From the NCBI GenBank assembly GCA_977017645.1, contig OZ360237.1, forward strand, positions 8,370,001 to 8,434,000: a stretch of DNA of 64,000 nucleotides, written 5' to 3'. Shown here piece by piece: positions 11,701 through 23,043 of the stretch (positions within the stretch are counted from its first letter, which is position 1; every line of letters starts with the position of its first letter). Source of the DNA: Torpedo marmorata (lineage: Eukaryota). The notes under the pieces are model-generated. The model did not search any database. It saw nothing but the letters and a program-made list of their open reading frames with translations, and was not told the DNA's origin. Both the position numbers and the translations under genes were made by a program.

Positions 11701-12304
11701 TCTTGTTTTACTTAACTTCCATGAATTGTTAATGTAGTATCTTTGTTCTGCAAATGCCGCACTGGAGACTGGTGATACCAGTTGAATCATTACATTGTCA
11801 TTCCAAATTTTCAACTAATATTCAAGTCTTGCGTTTACTGGATTTCCAAAGTTTGCTTAATAATTCATAAATACTGCACATCCTGTTCATATGTTGCCTT
11901 TGAGATGACAACTTCTCCTGGGTTTCAATTGTGTCACCAATGTTACAATGATTCAAGTTTAATACATTTAAGAATATAGTATTAATGCAGAGATCTCCAG
12001 ACTTACTGAACACTGATCTGTAGAGAACACACATCAGAAGCATAATGAAACGAGAAGCATGATTTATCTACCAGTGTAAGAATGTTATCACAAGCACATC
12101 AGTACTTCAGTTGTTCAAAAAAACCCTCTCAGGGCAATTTGTCCTTATGAACCATGGCAGTGCATGTGCTAATGGCATTCCCATAAAGGTGTAAGATAGA
12201 TTGCCTGGAATATGGCCTATTAATAATAGCACCCTAATTCTTTTACAACTTTTTTTCTCCTTCTTTGCATCTTCATATTTTTTACCTTGAAACCAAAGAT
12301 TTTA

Positions 12305-12765
12305 GTTCAAGTTCAAGCTCAAGTTTATTATCATCCAATTGCACAAGCACAACCCAATGAAACAGCGTTCTCCTGTCCTTGGTGCAACCCTGTATTGCAC
12401 AGTCAGTTTGTTTACATTTGTTATCTGTTTACAGTTTGTTTGATTGTTTACATGTATACGCTGTGTACAGTTTATTTTTTGCACTACCAATTAGTGGTAA
12501 TTCTGCCACGCCCGCAGGAAAAAAAGAATCTCAGGGTTGTATGTGATGTCATGTATGTACTCTGACAATAAATCCGAAAACTGAAATCTGAACACACGTA
12601 CAGACAAACAATACATACGCAGGACAAATATACATATATAAAAATAAATAAATAAATAATGTTCCAGGAGTATGAGAGTCTCGGTTGGTTAGTATAAGCA
12701 GTTCCTTTGGTCGTTCAGAATTTTCACTGCCCACGGGAAGAAGTTGTTTCTCTGGCTCTAATACT
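12305..12765 (-). mobile_element. Rex-like 3' fragment (minus) interrupted by a different LINE 3' UTR (plus, about 12388-12592)
   Basis: Minus-strand tail AATAAA plus (TTGAAC)n at 12305-12327. The inner plus-strand piece ends GACAATAAATCCGAAAACTGAAATCTGAA, after which the host sequence resumes. Confidence 0.6.
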
Positions 12766-13003
12766 CCTGTATTTACAAGTGCAAGGCTACAGTCCACATC
12801 CTAATTTTCACGAATAATGCCCATCTTGTATACGTAGTCAAACCTTTGGGTTATATTTCAACCCAAAGACTTGCCAATCTAGACAGAAACAAGATGAAAT
12901 AGCCAGTATTCTATCTGTGATTTTGATTACCTGTTCAATATTAATATGGGCATAATAGATCTTACTTAACACACGTGATATTCTCCTTGTTTAGTACTCT
13001 ATA

Positions 13004-13239
13004 ATTTTTTTTACATTTAGAAACAGAGCACGGTAACACAAGCCCGTGCTGCCCAAATACGGCAATTAACCTACAACACCTGTACATTTTGAAAGGTTGG
13101 AAGAAACTAGAGCACCCGGAGGAAACCCAGGCAGACACGGGGAGAATGTACAAACTCCCTACAGACAGCACCGGATTCGAACCCAGGTGGCTGGCGTTGT
13201 AATGGCGTCGCGCTAACTGTTACGCTAACTGTGCCGCCC
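13004..13239 (-). mobile_element. tRNA-derived V-SINE (HE1-like)
   Basis: Minus-strand head GGGCGGCACAGTTAGCGTAACAGTTAGCG, B-box GGTTCGAATCC, V-domain and A-rich tail. Confidence 0.9.
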
Positions 13240-13439
13240 TATTGCATATATTTTCTCTTTTTATAGTTTTGAAGGACCTATTGATGAAATTTAGAATTTA
13301 TGTAGGTCAAAAAACAAAAAAAAGGTGCTGAAAATCTGAAATTACAACAAAATGCTGTAAATGCTCAGCAAGTCAAGCAGCATCAGAGGAGAGCAAAACA
13401 TGTTTCAGATAGACTTTTCACGAGAATTAGGGCTTTACA

Positions 13440-14457
13440 TGGATCCTTGACTTTCTCATCGGAAGACCACAGTCAGTACGAACTGGAAACAACGTCTCCT
13501 CCTCACTGATTATCAACACAGGCGCACCCCAAGGATGCGTGCTTAGTCCACTGCTCTACTCGTTATAAACCCATGACTGTGTGGCCAGGCACAATTCCAA
13601 TGTCATCTACAAGTTTGCCGATGACACCACAGTTGTCGGTAGAATCACAAACGGCAATGAGGAAGCGTACAGGAGGGAGATAGATCAGCTCATTGAATGG
13701 TGTAATGGCAACAACCTTGAGCTCAACAACAGCAAAACCAAGGAGATGATTGTGGACTTCAGGAGGAAGTCAGGGGAACACGACCCAGTCCTCATCGAGG
13801 GCTCAGTCGTGGAGAGGATCAAGAACTTCAAATTCCTGGGTGTCAACATCTCCGAGGATCTGTCCTGGAGCATCCACGTTGATGCAATCACAAAGAAGGC
13901 TCATCAGCGGCTATACTTTGTGAGGTGTCTGCGGAGATTCGGTATGTCACCAAAGACTCTCGTAAACTTCTTCAGGTGTACCGTGGAGAGCATTCTGGCT
14001 GGTTGCATCACTGCCTGGTATGGAGGCGCCAACTCCCAGGACAAGAGTAAACTCCAGAGGGTTGTTAACTCGGCCTGTGACATCACAGGCACCAAACTTC
14101 ACTCCATCGAGGACATCTACATGAGGCGGTGTCTTAAAAAAGCAGCCTCTATCCTCAAAGACCCCCACCACCCAGGCCATGCCCTCTTCACTCTGCTTCC
14201 ATCGGGAAAAAGGTACAGGAGCCTAAAGGCGAGCACTCAACGGCACAAGGACAGCTTCTTCCCCGCTGCCATCAGATTCCTGAATAATCAATGAACCAAA
14301 GACACTGCCTTACTTTTCGTGCACTATTGTTTATAATTTTTTTATAGTAATGTCGTTAGATTGTTAATATGAATGTTAATTGCACTATGATGCTGCCGCA
14401 AAACACCGAATTTCATGACTTGTTCATGACAATAAATTCTGATTCTGATTCTGATTC
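13440..14457 (+). mobile_element. 5'-truncated Rex1/Babar LINE (RT C-terminus + 3' UTR)
   Basis: Near-identical to 4450-5450 and 47778-48800. ORF 13581-14294 reads [10 protein letters not shown]...[13 protein letters not shown]; tail AATAAATTCTGATTCTGATTCTGATT. Confidence 0.95.
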
Positions 14458-14477
14458 AATATAAAAGTTCAAATAAA

Positions 14478-14936
14478 GATGAGGGGGTTAGCCTATGAGG
14501 AGAGATTGAGTCGTCTGGGACTGAACTCGCTGGAATTTAGAAGAATGAGAAGGGATCTTATAGAAACGTATAAAATTATGAAAGGCATAGATAAGATAGA
14601 GGTAGGTAAGTTATTTCCATTGGTGGGGCAGACCAGAACTAGGGGACATAGCCTCAAGATTCAGGGTAGTAGATTTAGGATGGAGATGAGGAGGAACTGC
14701 TTTTCCTAGAGGTTGGTGAATCTGTGGAATTCGCTGCCCATTGAAGCAGTGGAGGCGACCTCAGTAAATATATTTAAGACAAAGTTGAATAGATTATTAC
14801 ACAGTTGGGGAATTAAGGGATATGGAGAAAAGGCAGGTAGGTGGAGATGAGCCTAGCCATGATCTCATTGAATGTTGGAGCAGGCTTGACAGGCCGGATG
14901 GCCGACTCCTGCTCCTATTTCTTATGTTCTTATGTT
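14478..14936 (+). mobile_element. CR1/HER1-like LINE 3' fragment
   Basis: MRGLAYEERLSRLGLNSLEFRRMRRDLIETYKIM...TRGHSLK is the CR1 ORF2 C-terminus. Tail TCTTATGTTCTTATGTT. Confidence 0.9.
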
Positions 14937-15777
14937 AAAGATAGAAAATTGCGATTCATATTAGCAGATACTCAACAAGAGTGAAAAATACTAATGAGAG
15001 GAAATTTCTTTCACCGCATCTTTTTTTATATATAAAAGCCCTCTTCTTACAATATGTGATATGGAAAATAAAACATAAATAAATTGTTAGGTCAGATTTA
15101 TATTTTGAATATCTCTCCAGCAGAAATTGTAAAGTTTCCACTTAAAAACACCTAAGATTCTGACGGCCCTTCAAAAATAATAGATAATCTAATTTGGCCT
15201 CAAAATCCAAAATAGAAGAAACTGTTGCAATGCAACAGTCTTCTCTGTTAAGTCCTTCTTAAGAGCTGCCTAAGTAATGTTCCTCAAGTTATCCTCAAGG
15301 CAAGAATAAATTTCTAACTATTCTTGTCCGGATTACCATTTGAGCTTGAAAAGATGCAGAATTGGTGGGCTTGAATTACAGTAAAACCCCTGGTATCCGG
15401 CACCTATGGGGATTGGTAGATGCCGGATAAGTGTATTTTCTGGTTGCTTGAGACTTACTCTTACAGTGACTAACTATTACCTGCATTAAGAATAAACACT
15501 TTAAAAGACAAAAGACAAAAATACTATCCTGTACTTACATTGGACAAACTTCACGCATGAATATATAAAACCCTAAAGCAGTTTACTTTATTTTCAGTTA
15601 CAATCTTTGAAAACATTTAACCGTGACTACATCTGCAGATTCCTCCCCCTCCACGGAGCCGCCCGAAAGACAAACAATAACATTATAGATAATTAACTCC
15701 TCTCCCCCAAGTTTACAGATAAAGCCTCTGACCGGGGTGACTCTTAATAAGCAGAGATAAGGAGACACTTTAAAAGA

Positions 15778-17041
15778 ACTCCCCTATTTTAAGGCATTTG
15801 TTAGAAATATGGAATAAACTGGATAAGGAGATAGGAGAGAAAGTGTTAATTTCTTGTAAAATGCCTTTATATCAAAATAAACGTATCCCATTTACTATTG
15901 TAAATCAATTGTTTAAAATTTGGTTTCAAAAAGGGATTAAAAAAATAAGTGACTGTTTTGAAGCTGGTAAATTTATTACTTTTCAAAGAATGAAAGTGAA
16001 GTTTAATGTTTTAAACAATACACTCTTTGCTTATAATCAAATAAGAGCATTTTTGGTTGAAACGTTAGGGCATAGTTTAATCTTACCAAGACAAAGTGAA
16101 TTGGAGTTACTAGTTATTAATGGGGGTATAAATAAATTTATTTCTCAAATGTATAGATTGTTACAGAAAAAAATGCCAAAACCAGGAATTCATAAATCAA
16201 GATTAAAATGGGAATTAGATCTGAATGTAACAATAGATGAGGAACATTGGAAAGAAATATGTAAACAATGTATGACAAAGATTATTAATGTTAGATATAG
16301 GTTAGTGCAATATAAATTTTTGCATCAGTTATATTTAACTCCAAAGAAACTAAAAAAATTTAATCCGACATTATCAGGTTTATGTTTTAGATGTAATAAA
16401 GAGGAAGGTTCTTTTGTACATTCTACGTGGTTTTGTCAAAAGATATATGATTTTTGGTTGAAAGTTAAAAAGTTTTTAGATAAAGTATTGAGAATTACAC
16501 TCCCAATGGATCCTAGGATATTTTTGTTTGGAGATATTAAAAGAATTAGTATTAAGATGAAATTAAATATGTATCAAATGGAATTTTTGCGAATTGCTTT
16601 AGCTGTTTCTAAGAAATGCATTGCTATTACATGGAAATCTGATGTAGATTTAGGGTTAGAAAGATGGCATGCAGAACTTCGTTCATGTATACCACTTGAA
16701 AAAATTACCCATAATTTACGTAATAAATATCATTTCCTTTTAAAGGTATGGAGCCCATATACAAAAACTGTGGGTTTAAGGATTTGAAGATCTCTTGATA
16801 TCGGATCCGACTGGCGAACCTGTGTTCCACAATAAAATTAATTTATAGTTCTTTTTTTTACAATGACATTCTCCACACTCTATTCTTTTTACTTTCTTTT
16901 CTTTCTTTTTTAGTAGAGGGGGTGGGTGGGTTAGGGAGGGGGAGGGGAGGGTGAAAATATATCACATGTATTTTGATAATTTTGTATTTTATAAACATGT
17001 GATTTAAAATTTTAAATAAAATATTTTAAAACATTTTTAAA
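15778..17041 (+). mobile_element. 5'-truncated L1-clade LINE (ORF2 C-terminus + 3' UTR)
   Basis: 19-bp TSD AAGGAGACACTTTAAAAGA (15759-15777) and AAGGAAACACTTTAAAAGA (17042-17060). G-rich tract at 16915-16952, then AATAAA and an A-rich tail. Confidence 0.9.
15780..16787 (+). pseudogene. L1 ORF2 C-terminal region with cysteine-rich motif
   Basis: Frame is open from the insertion point: PILRHLLEIW...QYKFLHQLYLTP...CFRCNKEEGSFVHSTWFC...KKCIAITWK...VWSPY. Lacks EN and RT. Confidence 0.85.
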
Positions 17042-17399
17042 AAGGAAACACTTTAAAAGAGTCTCCCAACGGTGAGCGGCATCAACCAGCTCTTCATCCT
17101 GGGTGACCCTATTTTATTCAAACGCAACTTTATTCAAACAGTTGCTACGAGCAAAGCATGACCAAGGCACTCCGCTGACTTAATATTTGCTCCCATCTTC
17201 ACCAAAGGTTTATGTTTTGCTTCAGAGAACATTTACTTTTACAATTTTAAACTTGCGTATTTTTACCTATTATTTTATTCTTTAAAAAAAATATATTTTC
17301 CTCGATTTTTTTGCCAGGTGCTTGAGGTTGCCGTTTGCTTGAATTCCAGATACCAGGGGTTTTACTGTATAATGAGAGGTTGAATACCTTGTGACTTTT

Positions 17400-17773
17400 C
17401 TTGCAGGAGGATAGGAATCTGAGGAGAGACTTTATTGACATTTATAAAGTCATAGATAAGGTAAATAATCATTGCCCTTTTCCCATAATAGGTGAATCTA
17501 AAACTAGAGGGCATAGATTTAAGGTTAGAGGGGAAAGATTTGAAAGGCACCTTTTTCATACAGAGGGTGGTGGGTATAGGAATGAGTGGCAAGAGGAAGA
17601 GATAGAGGAGGATACAATTGTAAAATTTAAAAGTTATTTAGACAGGTACATGGATAGGAAAGAGTTAGAAGGATATGGGCTGAATGTGGGCAAATGGGAC
17701 TAGCTTGGGTAGACAACTTGTTGGCATGGACAAGAGGGGCCTGTTTCTGTGCTGTAAAATTCTGTGACTCTAA
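17400..17773 (+). mobile_element. CR1-like LINE 3' fragment
   Basis: NLRRDFIDIYKVID...KTRGHRFKVRGERF...FKSYLDRYM; 3' end GGGCCTGTTTCTGTGCTGTAAAATTCTGTGACTCTA. Confidence 0.8.
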
Positions 17774-17869
17774 TAGTTTCAACAATCCTTAACATATTTC
17801 ATTTTTTTTATAGTTTATGAGATTTCCTCTGCATTTCTCTTGCAACAATTCTGCTTTTGTTCTTTAGAG

Positions 17870-18097
17870 CAGTCATTCTCAACGGGGGGCCTTACGGCCA
17901 TCCTGGGGACAACAGCACATTTAAGGGGGGCCACGGACTGAAATTATAAAATGTTTTTTTATGTTTTTTAATGTAGTTGGTAGAAGAGAAATATGGGAGA
18001 AACCAACTAAATTTGACTGCTTCATGGGAAGGGGGCCATAAACTTTGAGAAGAGTCCTAAGGGGGGCAAAGACAAAAATAAAGGTTGAGAATGGCTG
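17870..18097. mobile_element. hAT/Charlie-type MITE (228 bp)
   Basis: TIRs CAGTCATTCTCAAC and GTTGAGAATGGCTG. Perfect 8-bp TSD CTTTAGAG at 17862-17869 and 18098-18105, resembling the Charlie TCTAGA-type target. Confidence 0.92.
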
Positions 18098-18654
18098 CTT
18101 TAGAGTTACACCTAATATTTCCAGTATGCACAATGATCCATCCGCATTTAAGTAAGTTCTATGTGGTTGATACCCTCTTTTGTGTGTATAGTTTATTAAA
18201 AGTGCTTAAACGGCTGAAAACAGGGAACTTCTTGAGGTTAAGATGTTACATTTTTGTTATTTATAAATGCTTCCTCATTTTATCTCTGCAAATCCAGCAG
18301 CATTTTGAAGTCATGCTGATTTTGATAATAATCTTACAAGTTCATCTTACAGATTATCTCAATTCTATTAAATCTTAATTAAATCGTGAAATAGAGCTGA
18401 GTAAACTTGACTTGGAGGAGAGACAGAAACCTCCATTGGCCCCTCCATTATCCAGGTTATTTTCTAATGAAGGCAAAGAACCTGGATAATGAAGATATTG
18501 ATCATGTAGATTTTAAAAGTTTAAGGTTATATTCTGCAACCTAAAGGTTACAATTAGCGATACCTCGCCTTATAAGATATTTGAATTTCAGATTATATTT
18601 GTAGATTTCATAGATACATCTTTTGTTATTAGCAAAAATAAACCATTTGTTTAT

Positions 18655-18800
18655 GGAACATAGAAGAGTACAGCATAGTACGGGCCCTTCTCCCCACATT
18701 GTTGTGCTGACCTATATAAACCCACTCAACGTCAGTCTCCCCTTCCCACCCTCACAGCCCATATCCCTACATTTTACTTACATTCTTGTGCCTATCAAAG
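18655..18800 (-). mobile_element. CR1/HER1-like 3' tail remnant
   Basis: GAACATAGAAGAGTACAGCATAGTACGGGCCCTTC is the reverse complement of a GAAGGGCC.GT..TGCTGTAC..TTCTATGTTC tail. Confidence 0.55.
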
Positions 18801-18918
18801 CGTGTTATAGGGCATATATTGTTGATTGGAAGGATTTGTAATTTCAGAATTTATTATGTAGACAACTACAAACTATATAATTCCAACATGATTACAGATG
18901 TTTGTTGTTTCTTCACAG

Positions 18919-19061
18919 ATCTACCCAGCTGAAGTTATGTATGTTTGGATAACGGAGACAGTTTATTGAAGTATGAAATTTTATCACGATTTGATCTAAA
19001 GCAAAGTGCAAAATCCTGAACTAATCGTTGCAAAAAGATCAAAGATCAAAGTATACAAGAT
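18919..19061 (+). ncRNA. Candidate non-coding exon (143 nt)
   Basis: Acceptor TTTGTTGTTTCTTCACAG and donor GAT|GTGAGT (alternative GTAAGT at 19066). Stops in all three frames. Splice-signal evidence only. Confidence 0.3.
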
Positions 19062-19749
19062 GTGAGTAAGTAAATAATTTCCTTTTGTTTAATTGCTAAT
19101 TCTGAAACCATAGTCATTGTCTAATAATTGTGTTATTTAATGATGAGAAATGATTTTCCTTTGTCATTTAGTATTTCAGTTTGATGACAGTTATAAACAC
19201 TCGTTAATTGCTGAAGATTCATTTTTGACTGGAATCACAAAATAAAAGTGCACCCTTTCTCCTTTGATTCTTGGTATGAACAAGTGCAGAAGCGCCATCC
19301 CTTAAATCTAGGTAAGGTCCTACTATTGAGATCAACGTTGAATGAATATACCTCACTAAAAAGCTCATATATGGAATATTCTGAAAGTAGAATATATTAA
19401 GGTGGTCTTCAATGACTATCATTATTAAAATGTGGGATATCCTCTGATGCACCCAATCTAAAGATTTATTGGCTGATAGAACTTATCAAAGAAAAAAATC
19501 GATATAAAGGCTTACCATTTCTGATGGAAAAGTCTCAAAGTACTTTGAAGTGCAATGAGTGATATCATCTAAAAACATGGAATCTATTTTAAGCCTATAC
19601 TGAAAAGTGCCCAGCTAATGGTTATGGTGAAGGCTTTGAGGGACGACTCTGGTTAAAGAGTTAGAAGATCTGAAATTTCTTTATTTAAGGCCTAAAGCAG
19701 GCAGTTCCATACTTTTCTCTGAGACTCTATATCATCATCAAGATTTTTT

Positions 19750-19905
19750 TTAAAAACAGAAAATGTGCAAATATAAAGCGGATCATGCATTTCTAATGAA
19801 AAGTCATCAACATGAAACATTAACTCTTTCTCTCCCTCCACAGATGCTGTTGGACTTGCAACATATTTTAGCTTTTGATTTTGTTATAGATTACCAGTAT
19901 TTTTT
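19750..19905. mobile_element. Penelope-type terminal repeat remnant
   Basis: TTCTAATGAAAAGTCATCAACATGAAACATTAACTCTTTCTCTCCCTCCACAGATGCTG, same family as the remnants near 13325, 42900, 43490, 47390 and 62080. Confidence 0.5.
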
Positions 19906-22900
19906 TCCAATACAACCAACCATGTAAAACCTTTAAAATGACATATGTTTGAATATACAAAAAAGAATTTATGTTACAAAATGTTAATTCATTTAATACT
20001 TCTGTTTTGCTCTTTTGCATTCTCAGGTTGTACCAAAGATGACAAATTTTAGGATTGTAGGAAGAATATTAACAAATATAAATCTGAGAAAATAAATACC
20101 TCCATAAATTCAGATATTTCTTAGTTTTAAATACTGAATCTTATCGACAGGGAAAAACACTGATTGCCATTGCATCCAAGTATGTTTTATTACAGATAAA
20201 AAGAAAAATATAACAAGAATAAGGCAATAAAAATGCAGTAAAATGTGTTTATAATTAGTGGTTATTTTGTCGATGGCGTCAGTGGGGCAGTAAAGGAGGA
20301 TCAACATATTATAAAATTATATATACAAGGTCTTGAATAGAATTTCTAATGCAATGAACCAAGTTTATACAGATGTGCCCTAAGCTGCAGACCTCCCCAG
20401 TAGCACCTTCTTAGGGGTATATTGTACGTTTTAGCGGCCAATGTTCATTTTCTGTCGACATGCAAGTTGTCATGTGTTTATTACTTGAGCGTGGCGTTAG
20501 CTAATGTGTGGCCAAGAACTCCGCAAGGTAAGCTTCACGCACAGTACGCGCACACACGCATGCACACACACTCACTCACTCACTCACGTCCCATGTATAA
20601 TATTTTTCCAAATTTATTCAATTGGAATCTCAGGGGTTGTTTCCACATTCTTACTTTAAACAGTAAATTAATGGCGATAAACATGGTTTCAAAGTACAAA
20701 TTGAAATCGCCGAGAGCACATAATGTATTTTAGGATCAAAAGAAAATAAAACTCTATAATACACAATATCAAAAACTTTTAAAAGATGAGAAGCTAATGC
20801 AAAATGGACGCATACAAAACAGTCATTCTTTGTTACTGAACAACAAAATGGTCCAACATTTTCTTGTTTCTTTTAATAAAATGACTGCGTTATTTTACGG
20901 AAATAAAACTTTTGAGTGTTAATAAAGTTCACCATTCGTTCTGTAGTAGTTTTATATGTTTGAGAGCTTGAAGTTGTGATCACATTTTAACACCAAATCA
21001 AAGTGTGAAAGAAATACTTCAAAATGATCAATTTTAGTGAAACGACGTAGATCGCTACGTTGCCTTTTATCTTTTTATTTCCAGTGATAAAAAAGGTTGA
21101 AAATTTGCAAAGTGTTCTGAATTATTTTTTCATTCCATAATTGCGTTGAATATGTTTCTATAATTATTGTACATATTTCTTGTGGGAAAGATTATTATAC
21201 TTATAATATTCTGTATGCTCTGAAAATACCGTTAGCTGTGTAACAAAGAAAACATATTATTTCAAGCGACCACCTTGTATTTGAATCGCTTCTATCTGGT
21301 TTACTTTAAAAAGGGCTCCGGATGGATATTCAAGATTTGCAGTTGAAGATGGATTGCAATACCTAACATGAACAATTGGTGGCGTCTGAGGCACACAGAC
21401 CGGCTTCATAGTTCCATTCTGTTCGTGTAAGATGTTCTTTCTACCTGGTACCTCTCGCCCACTCACTCTTGTATGTGTGAATGAGAGAAATTTCTATTTG
21501 AAACATAATCCTACCAGAATCAGACTGCAAATACGTCTCCGAATTTTAATTTGAAGTCTACCCGTCCAGTACATTCAAACAATGAACAAAGAATGAACAA
21601 AACCCTTGCAAAGTCACTTCCAAAAATCTTTTTTAGTTTATTTATAAAATAGCACGCATTAAAACTGAAACATATAATCTCACACAGATACTTATGAAAC
21701 GGGACATGAGAAAATCAGTAATAAACTACTGCCAGAAAATAAGAGCTTCCGTTTAAAATGAGCAGGACACTCAGCGCTGGGATTGCATGTGCGTTTAGCT
21801 AACAGAGAACTTCTCCGCAACTCCACGAACGTTCTTTAAGCAAGTATTCCAGTACACGAATGGAACATGTATTGAGAGATGAAAAACGTAAAATTATAAA
21901 AGCTTTTATTTGTTCGATGTTCCTTAAATTATTTTGTTGGTGAGGAACATTAGCTTTTCCTAAACATAAATTCATATATATACCGGTATATATATATATA
22001 TATATATTAATATGACCTGTTGAAATGACAGACACTGTTAATTTCACTGGAAAGCAGATTTGTTAACGCCCCACTGATTTAAGTGATGTGGATTTTTTTT
22101 TTCCAGTTTGCCTCTTGCTGTATCTCAAGCCTCGCCAGAGCATTGGAAATTGTGGGTTGTGAATATTTTTTCTTTTTGTAAAGTTCACGAATTATTTGTC
22201 CAAACCACGACGCGTTAATATCCAGGACCGTAATTACATTGCAATGTTGTTTGATTTTTAGTACAAATAATTGTTGTTCTTAGTGATATCCAAACTATGT
22301 TCGAATGAATACATCCATCCTGTAACTAACCTGTTACACACTTCTGTCACCGACTGCAGCAGCTACTGTACGAGTGCAACCAGACCACAACAGCAATTGA
22401 AAGATTACTAAAAAGCTCCCCCTCCGCCGCCGTGGGGTAGGGTGGGGTGACGAATTATGTGGTAATTGACGAATTATTGCGTTCTAATCAATAATGTTTA
22501 CATTTGACATTTTAGTACATTCTAATATTCACAGAACATTTCGTCAATCCTAATGCCATCAGCAAGTACTTTTACACACATAGTAAAACACTCTTTTTAA
22601 ACAGTTTATCTCAGGAAACATGAAAGACTGTTGATTTCCTTCGCATACTTTAGGCACTGGCTGTTCGCAAGGATCAGGCGCGTTCTTTGCTTAATGTTTT
22701 ATCCTATGTGGAAATCTTCAATAACTTCAGAAGCCATCATTAGAAGCTTGAGCTCATTGTTCTTCTCTGCTTATCCATTGAGTAACAGCATAGGGGCGAA
22801 CGCCAGAACGCCAAGGCAAACCTTTCCCATCTCTCCCCCACCCATCCCTCCATCCTCCACCCTCCCTCCTTCCCGCCTTGAGTTACCCATATTGATCAGC

Positions 22901-22940
22901 ACGTAATGAATTTGCTGCCATGGTTTATTTCTTAGGTTAC

Positions 22941-23043
22941 CCTGCTTGATCCTGATGCTTTGCTCCAGTTGAGAATTTGACGATAATCTTTGGAGTAGCT
23001 CCCTCCCATCCATTCCTTTCTTGGAAGCTTTGATAACAATGCA
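22941..23043 (-). other. Candidate spliced exon (103 nt), minus strand
   Basis: Acceptor GTTTTTGTCGTTTTTAG and donor CAGG|GTAACC. Open in all three frames; no product recognised. Confidence 0.3.

Larger units (their letters stand above)
15379..17367. mobile_element. Tc1/pogo-type MITE (about 706 bp once the insert is removed) interrupted by an L1
   Basis: TIRs CAGTAAAACCCCTGGTATCCGG and CCAGATACCAGGGGTTTTACTG, with TA at 15377-15378 and 17368-17369. Confidence 0.9.

Noticed and set aside
13150-13239. tRNA gene (A/B boxes)
   Set aside because: It is the tRNA-derived head of a SINE, continuous with the V-domain.
22600-22770. Protein-like minus-strand frame EKNNELKLLMMASEVIEDFHIG*NIKQRTRLILANSQCLK
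   Set aside because: Internal stop, weak splice signals and no recognisable family.
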